In this document: positions 1 through 14,345 of the stretch, one piece after another
Layout: each line of letters begins with the position of its first letter
Position numbering within the stretch: position 1 is the stretch's first letter
DNA from: Octopus sinensis
Taxonomy: Eukaryota
Direction of reading: 5' to 3'
Assembly: GCF_006345805.1 (NCBI RefSeq)
Contig: NC_043000.1
Location: 1,302,001 to 1,366,000 of the forward strand
Length of the DNA stretch: 64,000 nucleotides
Translations under genes and position numbers: made by a program
Notes under the pieces: generated by a model
The model's database searches: none
Told to the model about the DNA's origin: nothing
What the model saw: only the letters and a program-made list of their open reading frames with translations

Positions 1-149
1 TTGCTCGACTAAAAGGCGGTGCTCCAGCATGGCCGCAGTCAAATGACTGAAACAAGTAATAGAGAATAAAAGAGAATATATGTATGTAACAAAGGGGTGG
101 GAGTTATTTCCAGTGCTTTCAATGACAAAAACAACAGTACATATAATCC

Positions 150-510
150 ATCCATCCATCTTTCTTTTCCGCCCTCTGTTCCTGAGAGGGTAGAGTCCTC
201 GGGCACTTCCTCCATGAGGTCCTGTCAGAAGCAACCACCATACAGTTTCCTGCTAGATTTCCTTATGCGACTAATTGAAACTATGGATAGTATTCAACCA
301 TCTCGTTCTTAGCCTATTCCTAGTCGGCTCTGCTTGAAGAATTCGTCTTGCAATTCTTTCCTGCGATATTCTAATCATATATCCGTTCTACCGGAGTTAT
401 GACCTCTCAATGTGTAGGAGAGACTCGACCTGGAGAGACTCACTGGTCTCCGAGTTATGCTCCCTGTCGTGTAGCGTTACTCTTGTGATTTGACAAATTT
501 CTTTCAGGCC
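150..510 (-). mobile_element. decayed RTE-clade LINE 3' fragment
   Basis: Minus strand reads LLHIERS*LR*NGYMIRISQERIARRILQAEPTRNRLRTRWLNTI, resembling the RTE RT C-terminal LRW.GH..RM...R....IL...P...R....RW motif, with stops. Confidence 0.55.
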
Positions 511-1066
511 CAACAAAACGACTTCGGTTCATTCAATAAAGATTAACCTACGAAGATTTCGTTTAGTGAGGCAGTAAGTACTATTGGTGTCCACACCATT
601 TTTTTCTTTACAGACTCCTAACATAAAGATATTTTTTACAATTACAGACTCCTAACATAAAGATATCTATGTGGTCAACAACCAGCTAGCTCTGCTTTCG
701 AGAACTTCAATGTTCCAGACAGAATTTATATTGATTTATTTTAAACTATACTGGTAACTGAAATAACATTTCGTCTCTCCTCATCTTACAACAACAAAGA
801 TTAATAATTTGTATCCCTTGAAATCTACGCAAGAGCTTACAGTTTAGAAAACACAGTTTTAAAGGTCTATTCAGACAAGTTTACATTCTTCGAAGAAGAG
901 TTGACATCTCAGACTTTTCAGTAGATTAATTACTAAGGAGATGTAAAATATACTACTAAAGATAAATTAGATATGGGCGGAAATAAGGTAACGAATTAAT
1001 CAGTTGTACAGCCGACCAGTGATAATGATGCTGTAATGAAAGCATGTGTTGTTTTAGTAGTGTGAG

Positions 1067-1381
1067 GGCGCGTGGCTTAGTGGTTAGGGCATTCGGCTCA
1101 TGATCGTAAGGTTGTGAGTTCGATTCCCGGCGACGCGTTGTATCCTTGAGCAAGACACTTTATTTCACGTTGCTCCAGTCCACTCAGCTGGCAAAAATGA
1201 GTTGTACTTGTATTTCAAAGGGTCAGCCTTGTCACTCTCTGTGTCACGCTGATTATCCCCGAGAACTACGTTAAGGGTACACGTGTTTGTGGAATGCTCA
1301 GCCATTTGCACGTTAATTTCACGAGCAAGCTGTTCCGTTGATCGTATCAGCTGGGACCCTCGTCGTCGTAACCGGCGGAGT
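1067..1381 (+). mobile_element. tRNA-derived SINE, family B
   Basis: Head ggcgcgtggcttagtggttaggg...gagttcgattccc has A- and B-box-like motifs, followed by a non-tRNA body. Related copies at about 37405-37648 (-) and 63733-64000 (+). Confidence 0.8.
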
Positions 1382-1932
1382 CTTTGTTTTAGTAGTATCA
1401 GCAACTACTTTAGTAATCGAAAATAAAGTATTATTTGCTTGATGGCACTACGTAACCAACAAGAGATATTTGTCGGAATGATAAAAAGAAAACTAACTTT
1501 GCTGATTGTATAAATAACAAGGATGCCGCGAATATAGTATACGCAGACAAAAAAAACTCAATAAAACAACATATATATTAGCTTGTGCAATGAGTAATGG
1601 TTCTAATACACGCTTAATACCAATAACAAATTCTGCTAATGTAGATCTGATTTCGTTTAATTCTAATTTTAATAACACGCACAACTTCAGGAATCGTAGG
1701 AGCAGTTCTCACACACTTTCAACAACCAGTCAAGAAGCAATGGTTTTCACATACAAACATCCGTCTCTTAAACCTATTTGTCTTACGTTCAAGATGCACA
1801 GAAATAATGCTGATAGTGCAGGAATATGCGTTAAATGTCAATACAATACTGTATACTGTCACATTACAGGCAACTTCTAGATCCACGTGTTAGATTATAA
1901 GATAGCTGTGCCGGAATAACAGAAATCACGTA

Positions 1933-2456
1933 CCGTAAATCCTCGCGTATAATCCGCACTTTTTCCCCAAAATTTAAAGGTCAAAATTCCTAGTGCATAC
2001 TATATACGAGGTTAAAAACAAAAATTGTTTTCTAAGCAATGTCCGAGTCTCTATTTGCTGTCCAGCAATGTTTATTCAGACGCATTTTGTGATGTCGAGC
2101 AGGAAAATACCTTCAGCTAGGCCTGAAAGCAATGAAGTCATAAAAAAATCATCCATAACTTGCAGTAAGCAACATTTATTAAACGTTATTACTGTTATTA
2201 CTGTTATTTCTTTATTTTCTGAAGAACAAAATGCACAAAAAAGCTACACGTTTGCATTATGTTATATGTACAATAATAACAAAGGACGTTACTGTATACA
2301 TTTTTTACAAACCAAGGACGTTATATAGACCTCCTTGACTCAAGTTAGAGAAGGGGTGCGTATTATACGCAAGGTTTAGGTTTTACAGAAGTACAGTCCC
2401 CTAAAAATCCCCTGCGTATTATAGCTCAAGGGCGGACTATACTCGAAGATTTACGG
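1933..2456. mobile_element. non-autonomous Tc1/mariner-superfamily (Tc2/pogo-like) MITE
   Basis: TA target duplication (1931-32, 2457-58). About 27-bp TIRs CCGTAAATCCTCGCGTATAATCCGC. Second copy at 47968-48479. Confidence 0.85.
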
Positions 2457-2568
2457 TATTAATTCGGCTCTCCCTCCTCAATATTCAGCTATTCTGTCAG
2501 GTTTTATTTATTAAGCGTGTTTGTTATATTGTTTCTCTCGCACATCCAGTGATATTTTCTTTTTGTAT

Positions 2569-2733
2569 GCAGGAGTGGCTGTGTGTGTAGCTTGCTAACT
2601 AACCACATGGTTCCGGGTTCAGTCCCACTGCGCAGCATCTTGGGCAAGTGTCTTCTGCTATAGCCCTGGGCCGACCAATGCATTGTGAGTGGATTTGGTA
2701 GACGGAAACTGAAAGAAGCCCGTCGTATATATG

Positions 2734-2764
<31 letters not shown>

Positions 2765-2960
2765 ATGTGTTTGTCCCCCTAGCATTGCTTGACAACCGAT
2801 GCTGGTGTGTTTACGTCCCCCGTCACTTAGCGGTTCGGCAAAAGAGACTGATAGAATAAGTACTGGGCTTACAAAGAATAAGTCCCGGGGTCGATTTGCT
2901 CGACTAAAGGCGGTGCTCCAGCATGGCCGCAGTCAAATGACTGAAACAAGGAAAAGAGTA
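2569..2960 (+). mobile_element. tRNA-derived SINE, family A (internal TA/TG microsatellite)
   Basis: ggagtggctgtgtg...ggttcagtccc head and ...ccagcatggccgcagtcaaatgactgaaacaag tail. Near-identical copies throughout the window; a 3' end also occupies 1-76. Confidence 0.85.
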
Positions 2961-3209
2961 AGTCATTCACAAAAAACTTCTTTCACTTTTGGTACATGAA
3001 ATCCTACGAAATCATTGCCAATGGGATCTTCAGATACATTTTCGATCCTCAAAATGGGCCACTACCGATGCCATTCCTTCGTTAACGTTGACGAGAGATT
3101 TGTGCTTTCTGGTGGGCCCCGAAAAATCCAAGTTCGTTCATAATAATGTCTTGATTAGAAGACCGCCCCATCCCACCTACACGATCAGCTAATTGAAAAT
3201 CGGAAATAT

Positions 3210-3790
3210 TCTTTTCTACTCTAGGCAAAAGGCCCGAAATTTGGGGGGAGGGGACCATGCGATTAGATCGACCCCAGTACACAACTGATATTTAATTTAT
3301 CGACCCCGAAAGGATGAAAGGCAAAGTCGACCTCGGTGGAATTTGAACTCAGAACACAAAGACAGACGAAATACCTATTTCTTTACTACCCACAAGGGGC
3401 TAAACACAGAGCGGACAAACAAGGACAGACAAACGGATTAAGTCGATTATGTCGACCCTAGTGCGTAACTGGTAATTATTTAATTGACCACGAAAGAATG
3501 AAAGGCAAAGTCGACCTCGGCGGAATTTGAACTCAGAACGTAAAGACAGACGAAATACCTATTTCTTTATTACCCACAAGGGGCTAAACACAGAGAGGAC
3601 AAACAAACAAGGACAGACAAACGGATTAAGTCGATTAGATCGACACCAGTGCGTAACTGGTACTTAATTTATCGACCCCGAAAGGATGAAAGGCAAAGTC
3701 GACCTCGGCGGAATTTGAACTCAGAACTTAGCGGCAGACGAAATACCGCTAAGCATTGCGCCCAGTAAGCAAACGTTTCGGCTAACTCCC
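3210..3790 (-). mobile_element. tRNA-derived SINE family C with internal tandem duplications
   Basis: Three repeats of gaaaggatgaaaggcaaagtcgacctcggcggaatttgaactcagaac. The reverse strand contains the B-box-like GAGTTCAAATTCC. Confidence 0.75.
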
Positions 3791-4906
3791 CGGAAATATT
3801 GCTGTCATAATGTTTGTAACTTCACTTGACTTTAGATCCCCGCACCAGTTTATCAGAAATTGATTACAGCGATCGTACTCGTTTGCCATTTATATATATC
3901 GCTATAAAAATATCTATTAGAAACGAAGTTATATACTGATAAAATAATTTTGTAAATAAGTGTACGAAATGACATAATTTTTGTGGTAAAGCTTACAGCA
4001 AATTAACAAATTTTTATCTGTGAAAATTATATTAGAACATAACGTTCAATTGGTTGCTAATCTGAAATTTCAGTTTAGTCGAGACTGACTCATGGAAATA
4101 ATTACGAAATGCTAATTTTTCATGCAGATGGTTTCTCTGAGTAATTAAAATCAGAGGTTGATTGCTTTTAAGTGCGATAATTATGTAGCTACGGTTGTGA
4201 TGTCAAAAAATTCTCTTCCTAAACGCCTGGTTCAGTCCCACTGTGTGGCACTTAAGGCAAGTGTCTTTTACTATAGCTCCGTGTGACTTGTGAGTAAATT
4301 TGGTTGACGGAAACTGTGTGGAAGCCTGTGAAATATATATATATGTGTGTGTGTGTGTAAATCTTTGTGATAGTGTCTCACCGTTTCACAACCAGAGTTT
4401 ATTTGTTTACGTCAGTGTAGTAACTTCGACAAAAATGCTATATGTATATCATTCTTGTGTGAATAACACGCTGCCTTCAATGAATGTTAGACAGCCTAAA
4501 ACCCTTCCCTTCTCCAGCACTCATTGGTGACACGTGTTTCTGCTTGAAACCCATTATTTGCTAGCAGTGAAGAAGAGAAGGAAGAAGAGTTATGATAGAA
4601 GAAGGGCCTGAACGATCTATGTCAATTAATAAAGACATTATCTGAACTTTTGCAGTACTTTCGGTACAACCTATGTACGATCCTTCCTTCTTCACTCGCT
4701 TGATCTAATTTTAGGGGCTTGACACTGACTAAGCTATAGAAAAATTATATAAGTTGTGAAAGTAATGTAGATACAGGCGTGGCATTCTCAATTGTATAGC
4801 CTTCGGTTCAGTTCCACTGTGAAGCACCTTGGGACGTGTTTTCTACTAAAACCGCGCAGCGAGTCGACAAATGTCTTATGAGTGGACGGAAACTGAAAGA
4901 AAACCA

Positions 4907-4944
<38 letters not shown>

Positions 4945-5025
4945 TAAATTCAGTTATGGTAACGTTAAGGGTATGCAAATAAAGCTCATATTTCATTATG
5001 CCGACTACCGTCTAATGGTCTATCA

Positions 5026-5260
5026 ATACCTATTTCTTTATTACCCACAAGGGGCTAAACACAGAGGGGACAAACAAGGACAGACATAGGTATTAAGTCG
5101 ATTACATCGACCCCAGTGCGTAACTGGTACTTAATTTATCGACCCCGAAAGGATGAAAGGCAAAGTCGACCTCGGCGTAATTTGAACTCACAACGTAACG
5201 CAGACGAAATACCGCTAAGCATTTCGCCCGGCGTGCTAACGTTTCTGCCAGCTCGCCGCC
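5026..5260 (-). mobile_element. SINE family C copy
   Basis: Same body as 3210-3790, ending gccagctcgccgcc (SINE 5' end on the minus strand). caatac is repeated on both flanks. Confidence 0.8.
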
Positions 5261-5337
5261 TTTGGTCTATCAATACTGACAAATGAGTCAGTTTTTCGGG
5301 GTTACATCATGGTTATACCGAAATAATGTAGGATAAA

Positions 5338-5555
5338 TATAATAATAACAATAATTCTAGGATTGAATTTATAAATATTTAATATATCGCTACGCACGTT
5401 TCCACAAATCACATGACTTTAACATCAGTACTCATCCTTGTGATGGGTACCATACTGCACCCAACCCAAGGATACGGACTCATGTGATTTGTGGAAACGC
5501 GCGCAGCGATGTATTAAATATTTATAAGGTCCATCCTAAATTTCTTGTTATTATA
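5338..5555. mobile_element. foldback MITE-like palindrome
   Basis: ttataaatatttaatatatcgctacgcacgtttccacaaatcacatga pairs with tcatgtgatttgtggaaacgcgcgcagcgatgtattaaatatttataa. Adjoins a (TA)n tract. Confidence 0.7.
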
Positions 5556-5836
5556 TATATATATATATTATATATATATATTATATTATATAATATATTA
5601 TATAATTATATATATATTATATATATTATATAATATATATATTATATATTATATAATATTATATTATATATATATTATATTATATATTATATAATATATA
5701 TATATTATATATTATATAATATATATATATATATATATATTATATATTATATATATTATATAATATATATATATATTATTATATTATATAATATATATAT
5801 ATTATATATATTATATATTATATATATATATATATA

Positions 5837-6203
5837 GGCGCAGGAGTGGCTGTGTGGTAAGTAGCTTGCTAACCAACCACATGGTTCCGGGTTCAGTCCC
5901 ACTGTGTGGCATCTTGGGCAAGTGTCTTCTGCTATAGCCCCGGGCCGACCAATGCCTTGTGAGTGGATTTGGTAGACGTAAACTGAAAGAAGCCTGTCGT
6001 ATATATGTGTGTGTGTATGTGTGTGTGTTTGTGTGTCTGTGTTTACGTTCCCGTCACTTAGCGGTTCGGCAAAAAGAGACCGATAGAATAAGTACTGGGC
6101 TTACAAAAGAATAAGTCCCGGGGTCGAGTTGCTCGATTAAAGGCGGTCCTCCAGCATGGCCGCAGTCAAATGACTGAAACAAGTAAAAGAGAGAGAGTAA
6201 AGA
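5837..6203 (+). mobile_element. SINE family A copy inserted in (TA)n
   Basis: Full head to tail, flanked by TA microsatellite on both sides. Confidence 0.85.
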
Positions 6204-6245
<42 letters not shown>

Positions 6246-6802
6246 CACTCCTATAACCCATAACGTGCCTATTTTATGTCATTTGAACATTTGACACCTT
6301 ACTACTTCTATGCTACCTACATTGCTTCTTATTCTTTTGATTTTTTCAAAATTTAATTCTTTTCCATACTTAAAGTCTCAATGACTGAAAACTGGTACTA
6401 AAACCTTTTTTTATAAAAATATTTTACCATTTTCTATCTTGTCTTTTTTTCCATATATATCAACTCGTGTATTCCTTTTCCGGCTGCGGGGTCATTCCGA
6501 AAAGCTCTACCTGCGACGATTTCACACACACACATACATATATATACATACTCACACATGTATGTGTGTCTGTATACGTATTTGTATCCTTGCGTTTGTC
6601 ACGGTTTGATTACATCTCAGCATAACTTAGAGGCTCAGCAGAATAAACCGATAGAATAATTACCAGGCTTAAAAAATAAGTATTGGGATTTGATTTGTTC
6701 GACTAAACCCTTTAGGAAGGTATTCCAGCATGGCCGCACTCCAACGACTAAAGCAAGAGAAGGATGAAAGATTAATATCATTTGCTCTAGAATATGAACT
6801 AT

Positions 6803-7303
<501 letters not shown>

Positions 7304-7399
7304 AAGTTTGTGGTTAGAAGTTAGGAAATAAAAGCTAGATTTCTCAATTACTACACAGATAGCAGGACTATGCAGGCTTCTCAGATATTGATTTCAAAT

Positions 7400-8790
7400 G
7401 TCTACACAAGGCCAGCAATTATGGGAGAGTGAGTAAGTCGATTACATCGATCTCAGTACTTATTTTATCAACTGCGAAAGGATGAAAGGCAAAGCCGACC
7501 TCGGAGGAATTTGAACTCAGAACATAAAGACAGACGCAATACCAAGGGGCTAAATACAGAGGAGACAAGCAAGGACAGACAGACGGATTAAGTCGATTAT
7601 ATCGACCCCAGTGCGTAACTGGTACTTATTTAATCGACCCCGAAAGGATGAAAGGCAAAGTCGACCTCGGCGGAACTTGAACTCAGAACGTAACGACAGA
7701 CTAAATACAGCTAAGCATTTCGCCCGGGGCGCTAACGACTCTGCCATCTCGCCGCCTTACAGATCTGTGAAATATAGCACAGATATCAGGGCTAGCTAGG
7801 AGCCAATGAAACCCCGATAAGCATTTTGCCCGGCGTGATAACGATTCTGCCATTTCACCAACTTACAGATATCTCAAATTGCTGGCACAAGGCCAGCAAT
7901 TTCGGAGGAGGGGTTAAAACGATTGCATCAACTCCAGTACTTAAGTGGTACTTATTTTATCGAATTCGGCGGAATTTGAACTCAGAACGTAAAGACGGGC
8001 GAAATATCGCTATGCATTTTGCCTGGCATGTACTGCCATCTCAATATCGGTTTAAAATGTTGGCACAAGACCAGCTGTTTCGGAGGTGGGATTAAGACGG
8101 TTACATTGACCCTATTGCCCAACTGGTATTTATTTTATCGATCTCGAAAATATGAAAGGCAAAGTCCACCTTAGCAGAATTTGAACTCAGAACGGAAAGA
8201 CAGACGAAATACCTATTTCTTTACTACCCACAAGGAGACAAACAAGGACAGACAGACAGATTAAGTCGATTAATTCGACCCCAGTGTGTAACTGGTACTT
8301 AATTTATCCACCCCGAAAGGATGAAAGGCAAAATCGCCCTCGGCGGAATTTGAACTAAGAACGGCAGACGAAATACCGCTAAGCATTTTGCGCAGCGTGT
8401 AAACAATTCTGCCAGCCCGCCACCTTACAAACCTCTCAAATATTGGTTTTAATTTTTGGCACAAGACCAACAGTTTTGGAGAAGTTGGTAAGACGATTAC
8501 ATCGACCCTAGTGCTCAACTGATATTTATTTTATCGACCTCGAAAGGATGAAAGTCAACCTCGGCAGAATTTGAACTCAGAATACCTATTTCTATTTATT
8601 TACTATCCACAAGGGGTTAAACACAGAGGGGACAAACAAGGACAGACAAACGGATTAGGTCGATTATATCGATCCTAGTGCTCACCTGGTATTTATTATA
8701 TCGACCTCAAAAGTCAACCTCGGCAGAATTTGAACTCAGAATACCGCTGAGCATTTTACCTGGCGAAGAAATCTGTCGTCTCACCGCCTT
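7400..8790 (-). mobile_element. cluster of tandem or nested SINE family C copies
   Basis: At least six recurrences of gaatttgaactcagaa with flanking family C body. Confidence 0.75.
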
Positions 8791-8800
8791 ACAGAACTCA

Positions 8801-11800
8801 GAAATCTAGCACAACTATTAGGGCTAGCTATGTATCAGTCAAACCCCTAGAGCAGCCATTGTCATATAGGAAAGGTTTATCTAGATGTCAGTCTTACATA
8901 TTGTATAGTCCAGCTTAGACAGAATTTGAACCCAGAATACCACTGAGCATTTTACCTGGCTAACAAATCTGAACTCTGAAATCTAGCACAACTATTAGGG
9001 CTAGCTATGTATCAGTCAAACCCCTTGAGCAGCCATTGTCATATAGGAAAGGTTTATCTAGATGTTAGTCTTACATATTGTATAGTCCAGCTTAGACAGA
9101 ATTTGAACCCAGAATACCACTGAGCATTTTACCTGGCTAACAAATCTGAACTCTGAAATCTAGCACAACTGTTAGGGCTAGCTATGTATCAGTCAAACCC
9201 CTTGAGCAGCCATTGTCATATAGGAAAGGTTTATCTAGATGTCAGTCTTACATATTGTATAGTCCAGCTTAGACAGAATTTGAACCCAGAATACCACTGA
9301 GCATTTTACCTGGCTAACAAATCTGAACTCTGAAATCTAGCACAACTATTAGGGCTAGCTATGTATCAGTCAAACCCCTTGAGCAGCCATTGTCATATAG
9401 GAAAGGTTTATCTAGATGTCAGTCTTACATATTGTATAGTCCAGCTTAGACAGAATTTGAACCCAGAATACCACTGAGCATTTTACCTGGCTAACAAATC
9501 TGAACTCTGAAATCTAGCACAACTATTAGGGCTAGCTATGTATCAGTCAAACCCCTTGAGCAGCCATTGTCATATAGGAAAGGTTTATCTAGATGTTAGT
9601 CTTACATATTGTATAGTCCAGCTTAGACAGAATTTGAACCCAGAATACCCGTGAGTATTACCTGGCTAACAAATCTGAACTCTGAAATCTAGCACAACTA
9701 TTAGGGCTAGCTATGTATCAGTCAAACCCCTGAGCGCAGCCATTGTCATATAGGAAAGGTTTATCTAGATGTCAGTCTTACATATTGTATAGTCCAGCTT
9801 AGACAGAATTTGAACCAAGAATACACTGAGCATTTTACCTGGCTAACAAATCTGAACTCTGAAATCTAGCACAACTATTAGGGCTAGCTATGTATCAGTC
9901 AAACCCTTGAGCAGCCATTGTCATATAGGAAAGGTTTATCTAGATGTCAGTCTTACATATTGTATAGTCCAGCTTAGACAGAATTTGAACCAGAATAACG
10001 CTGAGCATTTTACCTGGCTAACAAATCTGAACTCTGAAATCTAGCACAACTATTAGGGCTAGCTATGTATCAGTCAAACCCTTGAGCAGCCATTGTCATA
10101 TAGGAAAGATTGATTTATCTAGATGTAGTCTTACATATTGTATAGTCCAGCTTAGACAGAATTTGAACCCAGAATACCATGAGCATTTTACCTGGCTTAA
10201 CAAATCTGAACTCTGAAATCTAGCACAACTATTAGGGCTAGCTATGTATCAGTCAAACCCCTTGAGCAGCCATTGTCATATAGGAAAGATTTATCTAGAT
10301 GTAGTCTTACATATTGTATAGTCCAGCTTAGACAGAATTTGAACCCAGAATACCACTGAGCATTTTACCTGGCTAACAAATCTGAACTCTGAATGAAATC
10401 TAGCACAACTATTAGGGCTAGCTATGTATCAGTCAAACCCTTGAGCAGCCATTGTCATATAGGAAAGGTTTATCTAGATGTTAGTCTTACATATTGTATA
10501 GTCCAGCTTAGACAGAATTTGAACCCAGATACCGCTGAGCATTTTACCTGGCTAACCAATCTGAACTCTGAAATCTAGCACAACTATTAGGGCTAGCTAT
10601 GTATCAGTCAAACCCCTTGAGCAGCCATTGTCATATAGGAAAGGTTTATCTAGATGTTAGTCTTACATATTGTATAGTCCAGCTTAGACAGAATTTGAAC
10701 CCAGAATACCACTGAGCATTTTACCTGGCTAACAAATCTGAACTCTGAAATCTAGCACAACTATTAGGGCTAGCTATGTATCAGTCAAACCCCTTGAGCA
10801 GCCATTGTCATATAGGAAAGATTTATCTAGATGTTAGTCTTACATATTGTATAGTCCAGCTTAGACAGAATTTGAACCCAGAATACCGCTGAGCATTTTA
10901 CCTGGCTAACAAATCTGAACTCTGAAATCTAGCACAACTATTAGGGCTAGCTATGTATCAGTCAAACCCTTGAGCAGCCAAGGTCATATTAGGAAAGGTT
11001 ATCTAGATGTTAGTCTTACATATTTATAGTCAGCTTAGCTTAGACGATTTGAACCCAGAAACCGCACTGAGCATTTTACCTGGCTAACAAATCTGAACTA
11101 TGAAATCTAGCACAACTATTAGGGCTAGCTATGTATCAGTCAAACCTTTGAGCAGCCATTGTCATATAGGAAAGGTTTATCTAGATGTTAGTCTTACATA
11201 TTGTATAGTCCAGCTTAGACAGAATTTGAACCCAGAATACCGCTGAGCATTTTACCTGGCTAACAAATCTGAACTCTGAATCTAGCACAACTATTAGGGC
11301 TAGCTATGTATCAGTCAAACCTTGAGCAGCCATTGTCATATAGGAAAGGTTTTCTAGATGTTAGTCTTACAAATTGTATAGTCCAGCTTAGACAGAATTT
11401 GAACCCAGAATACCGCTGAGCATTTTACCTGGCTAACAAATCTGAACTCTGAAATCTAGCACAACTATTAGGGCTAGCTATGTATCAGTCAAACCCCTTG
11501 AGCAGCCATTGTCATATAGGAAAGGTTTATCTAGATGTTAGTCTTACATATTGTATAGTCCAGCTTAGACAGAATTTGAACCCAGAATACCGCTGAGCAT
11601 TTTACCTGGCTAACAAATCTGAACTCTGAAATCTAGCACAACTATTAGGGCTAGCTATGTATCAGTCAAACCCCTTGAGCAGCCATTGTCATATAGGAAA
11701 GGTTTATCTAGATGTTAGTCTTACATATTGTATAGTCCAGCTTAGACAGAATTTGAACCCAGAATACCGCTGAGCATTTTACCTGGCTAACAAATCTGAA

Positions 11801-11927
11801 CTCTGAAATCTAGCACAACTATTAGGGCTAGCTATGTATCAGTCAAACCCTTTGAGCAGCCATTGTCATATAGGAAAGGTTTATCTAGATGTCAGTCTTA
11901 CATATTGTATAGTCCAGCTTAGACAGA
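8801..11927. repeat. 177-bp tandem satellite, about 17.7 copies
   Basis: gaaatctagcacaactattagggc recurs at 8801, 8978, 9155 ... 11805. Copies are nearly identical apart from small indels. Confidence 0.97.
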
Positions 11928-12184
11928 CAGTTTTACTTACTGAACAGTTCAGTTCGGACAGACAGTCTTGTGAAGGTATCAGTCGGAATCACGTGTATTT
12001 TGAAGTGTGATGGAGATTGTAAACTGCACATGCAAAGAAGATACGCTTGGATGCTGTTAACCGCCTTCACTGCTGCTGCTGCTGCTGCTGCTGTTGCTAT
12101 TGCAGCTGTTGATGTTGTTTAACCTTAAGTCGAGCAGACACCTACGATCAAAGGCGTTCCCAGCCAGACCACACTGTTATCTCT

Positions 12185-13660
12185 GTCGCCATCGTCATCG
12201 CCACCGCCTTCACCACGACCACGGTGACCACCACTACCACCACCACCACCACTACCACGTCGACGATGACCACCACCACCACCACCACCAAAACCACCAC
12301 CACCACCACCACCACCACACCACCACCACCACCACAACCACAACCGCCACCACCACCACCACCACCACCACAGCCACCACCACCTGCGAAACCACCACCA
12401 CCACCACCACCTGCGCCACCACCACCACCTGCGCCACCACCACCACCACCTGCGCCACCACCACCACCACCACCACCACCACCACCACCACCATCACCAC
12501 CACCATCACCACCACCACCACCATCACCACCACCACCACCACCACTACCACCTGCGCCACCACCACAACCACCACCACCTGCGCCACCACCACCACCACC
12601 ACCACCACCACCACCTGCGCCACCACCACCACAACCACTACCACTACCACCACCATCACACTACCACCACCACCACCTGCGCCACCACCACCACCACCAC
12701 CACCACCCTACCACCAACCACAACCTGCGCCACCACCACCACCACTACCACCACCACTACCACACCACCACCACCCACCACCACCACCACCAAAACCACC
12801 ACCACCACCACCACCACCACCACCACACCACCACCACCACAACCACAACCGCCACCACCACACCACCACCACCACAGCCACCACCACCTGCACACCACCA
12901 CCACCACCACCACCACGACCACCACCACAACCTGCACCACCACCACCACCACCACCACCCACCACCAACCACCACCACCACCACCACCACCACCACCCCC
13001 ACCACACCACCACCACCACCACCATCACACCACCACCAACACCACCACCACCTGCGCCACCACCACACCACCCACCTGCGCCACCACCCACCACCACCAC
13101 CACCACCTGCGCCACCACCACCACAACCACTACCCCTACCACCACCATCACCACTACCACCACCACAACCTGCGCCACCACCACCACCACCACCACCACC
13201 ACTACCACCACCACAACCTGCGCCACCACCACCACCACTACCACCACCACTACCACCACCACCACCACCACCACCACCACCACCAAAACCACCACCACCA
13301 CCACCACACCACCTGCGCCACCACCACCACCACCACCACCATCACCACCACCACCACCACCACCACCATCACCATCATCACCAACACCACCATCACCAAC
13401 ATCCTCATCATCCTCATCATCGTCATCATCATCATCATCACCACCATCACCACCACCACCATCATCACCACCACCACCACTACCACCACCACCACCAACA
13501 TCATCATCATCCTCATCATCCTCATCATCATCATCATCATTACCGTCGTCATCACCGTCATCGTCGTCATCAACCTCATCGTCGTCATCACCAACATCAC
13601 CACCAGCGCTACCACCATCACTATCATCACCCCATCACCACCATCACTATCACCATCAGC
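12185..13660. repeat. (ACC)n/(ATC)n low-complexity tract with recurrent CACCTGCG interruptions
   Basis: Triplet repeat seen directly, followed by (TAT)n at about 13676-13789. Confidence 0.95.
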
Positions 13661-13682
13661 AACAGCAGCATTTGTATTATTA

Positions 13683-13752
<70 letters not shown>

Positions 13753-13789
13753 TATTATTATTACTATCATTATTATTATTATTATTATT

Positions 13790-14345
13790 GAGTGAGAGAG
13801 CAGTGCATGCCATCAAAGTGACACTGGGGTAAAATATACGAAGCCCAATATACCCATCATGACTACCCGTCTGATAAAGGTACACCAGGCACATGCATCA
13901 CAACCATATGTGCGTGACATGGTGATCTCATATCAAGATAAACAGCACATGACCTTGCAGGTGGGACCCAGTTAGAATTTTCTTCAGGTTGAGTAGCCCA
14001 TCCTGTTCAAACGGTCCCTGAATAAGGGTTGTTTAAGGATGTTGAAAGAACCACCCATGTTTCCAGAGGTGAACTATTCAAACCCCAAAGAATCCCTCTC
14101 AACACATGGCTATGATGCTCCCCCACTACTTCTGCTCGTGATCAGAGATGCACATATCGTCAGCCACTAAGGGACATGCTCAACTGGTTAAGGTCAAACA
14201 ACTGACAAGCAAATCTGTGGTATTGAGCAGAATATTTGCTGTAGCCCATCTTTTATACCAAGACAAAACAATGTACATGATAACACTTCCAATCAGTTAA
14301 GATCAGAAGCCATGAGAGCCACTGCCTGGTACTGCATCAGGGCAT
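13790..14345 (-). mobile_element. dispersed retroelement fragment embedded in (TAA)n; second copy 41257-41780
   Basis: Two highly similar copies of about 550 bp, each with (ATT)n on both sides. Orientation is inferred. Confidence 0.7.

Noticed and set aside
1067-1140. tRNA gene (also 63733-63800)
   Set aside because: No closing acceptor stem or T-run terminator. Continues into a repeated SINE body.
8801-11927. CRISPR-like array or coding repeat
   Set aside because: Monomers are contiguous and near-identical with no unique spacers. Eukaryotic context, no cas genes, stops in all frames.
12094-13894. Long ORFs (565, 523, 214, 199 aa) with poly-T/P/H/V
   Set aside because: Open in several frames on both strands only because (ACC)n has no stops. 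No domain or splice context.
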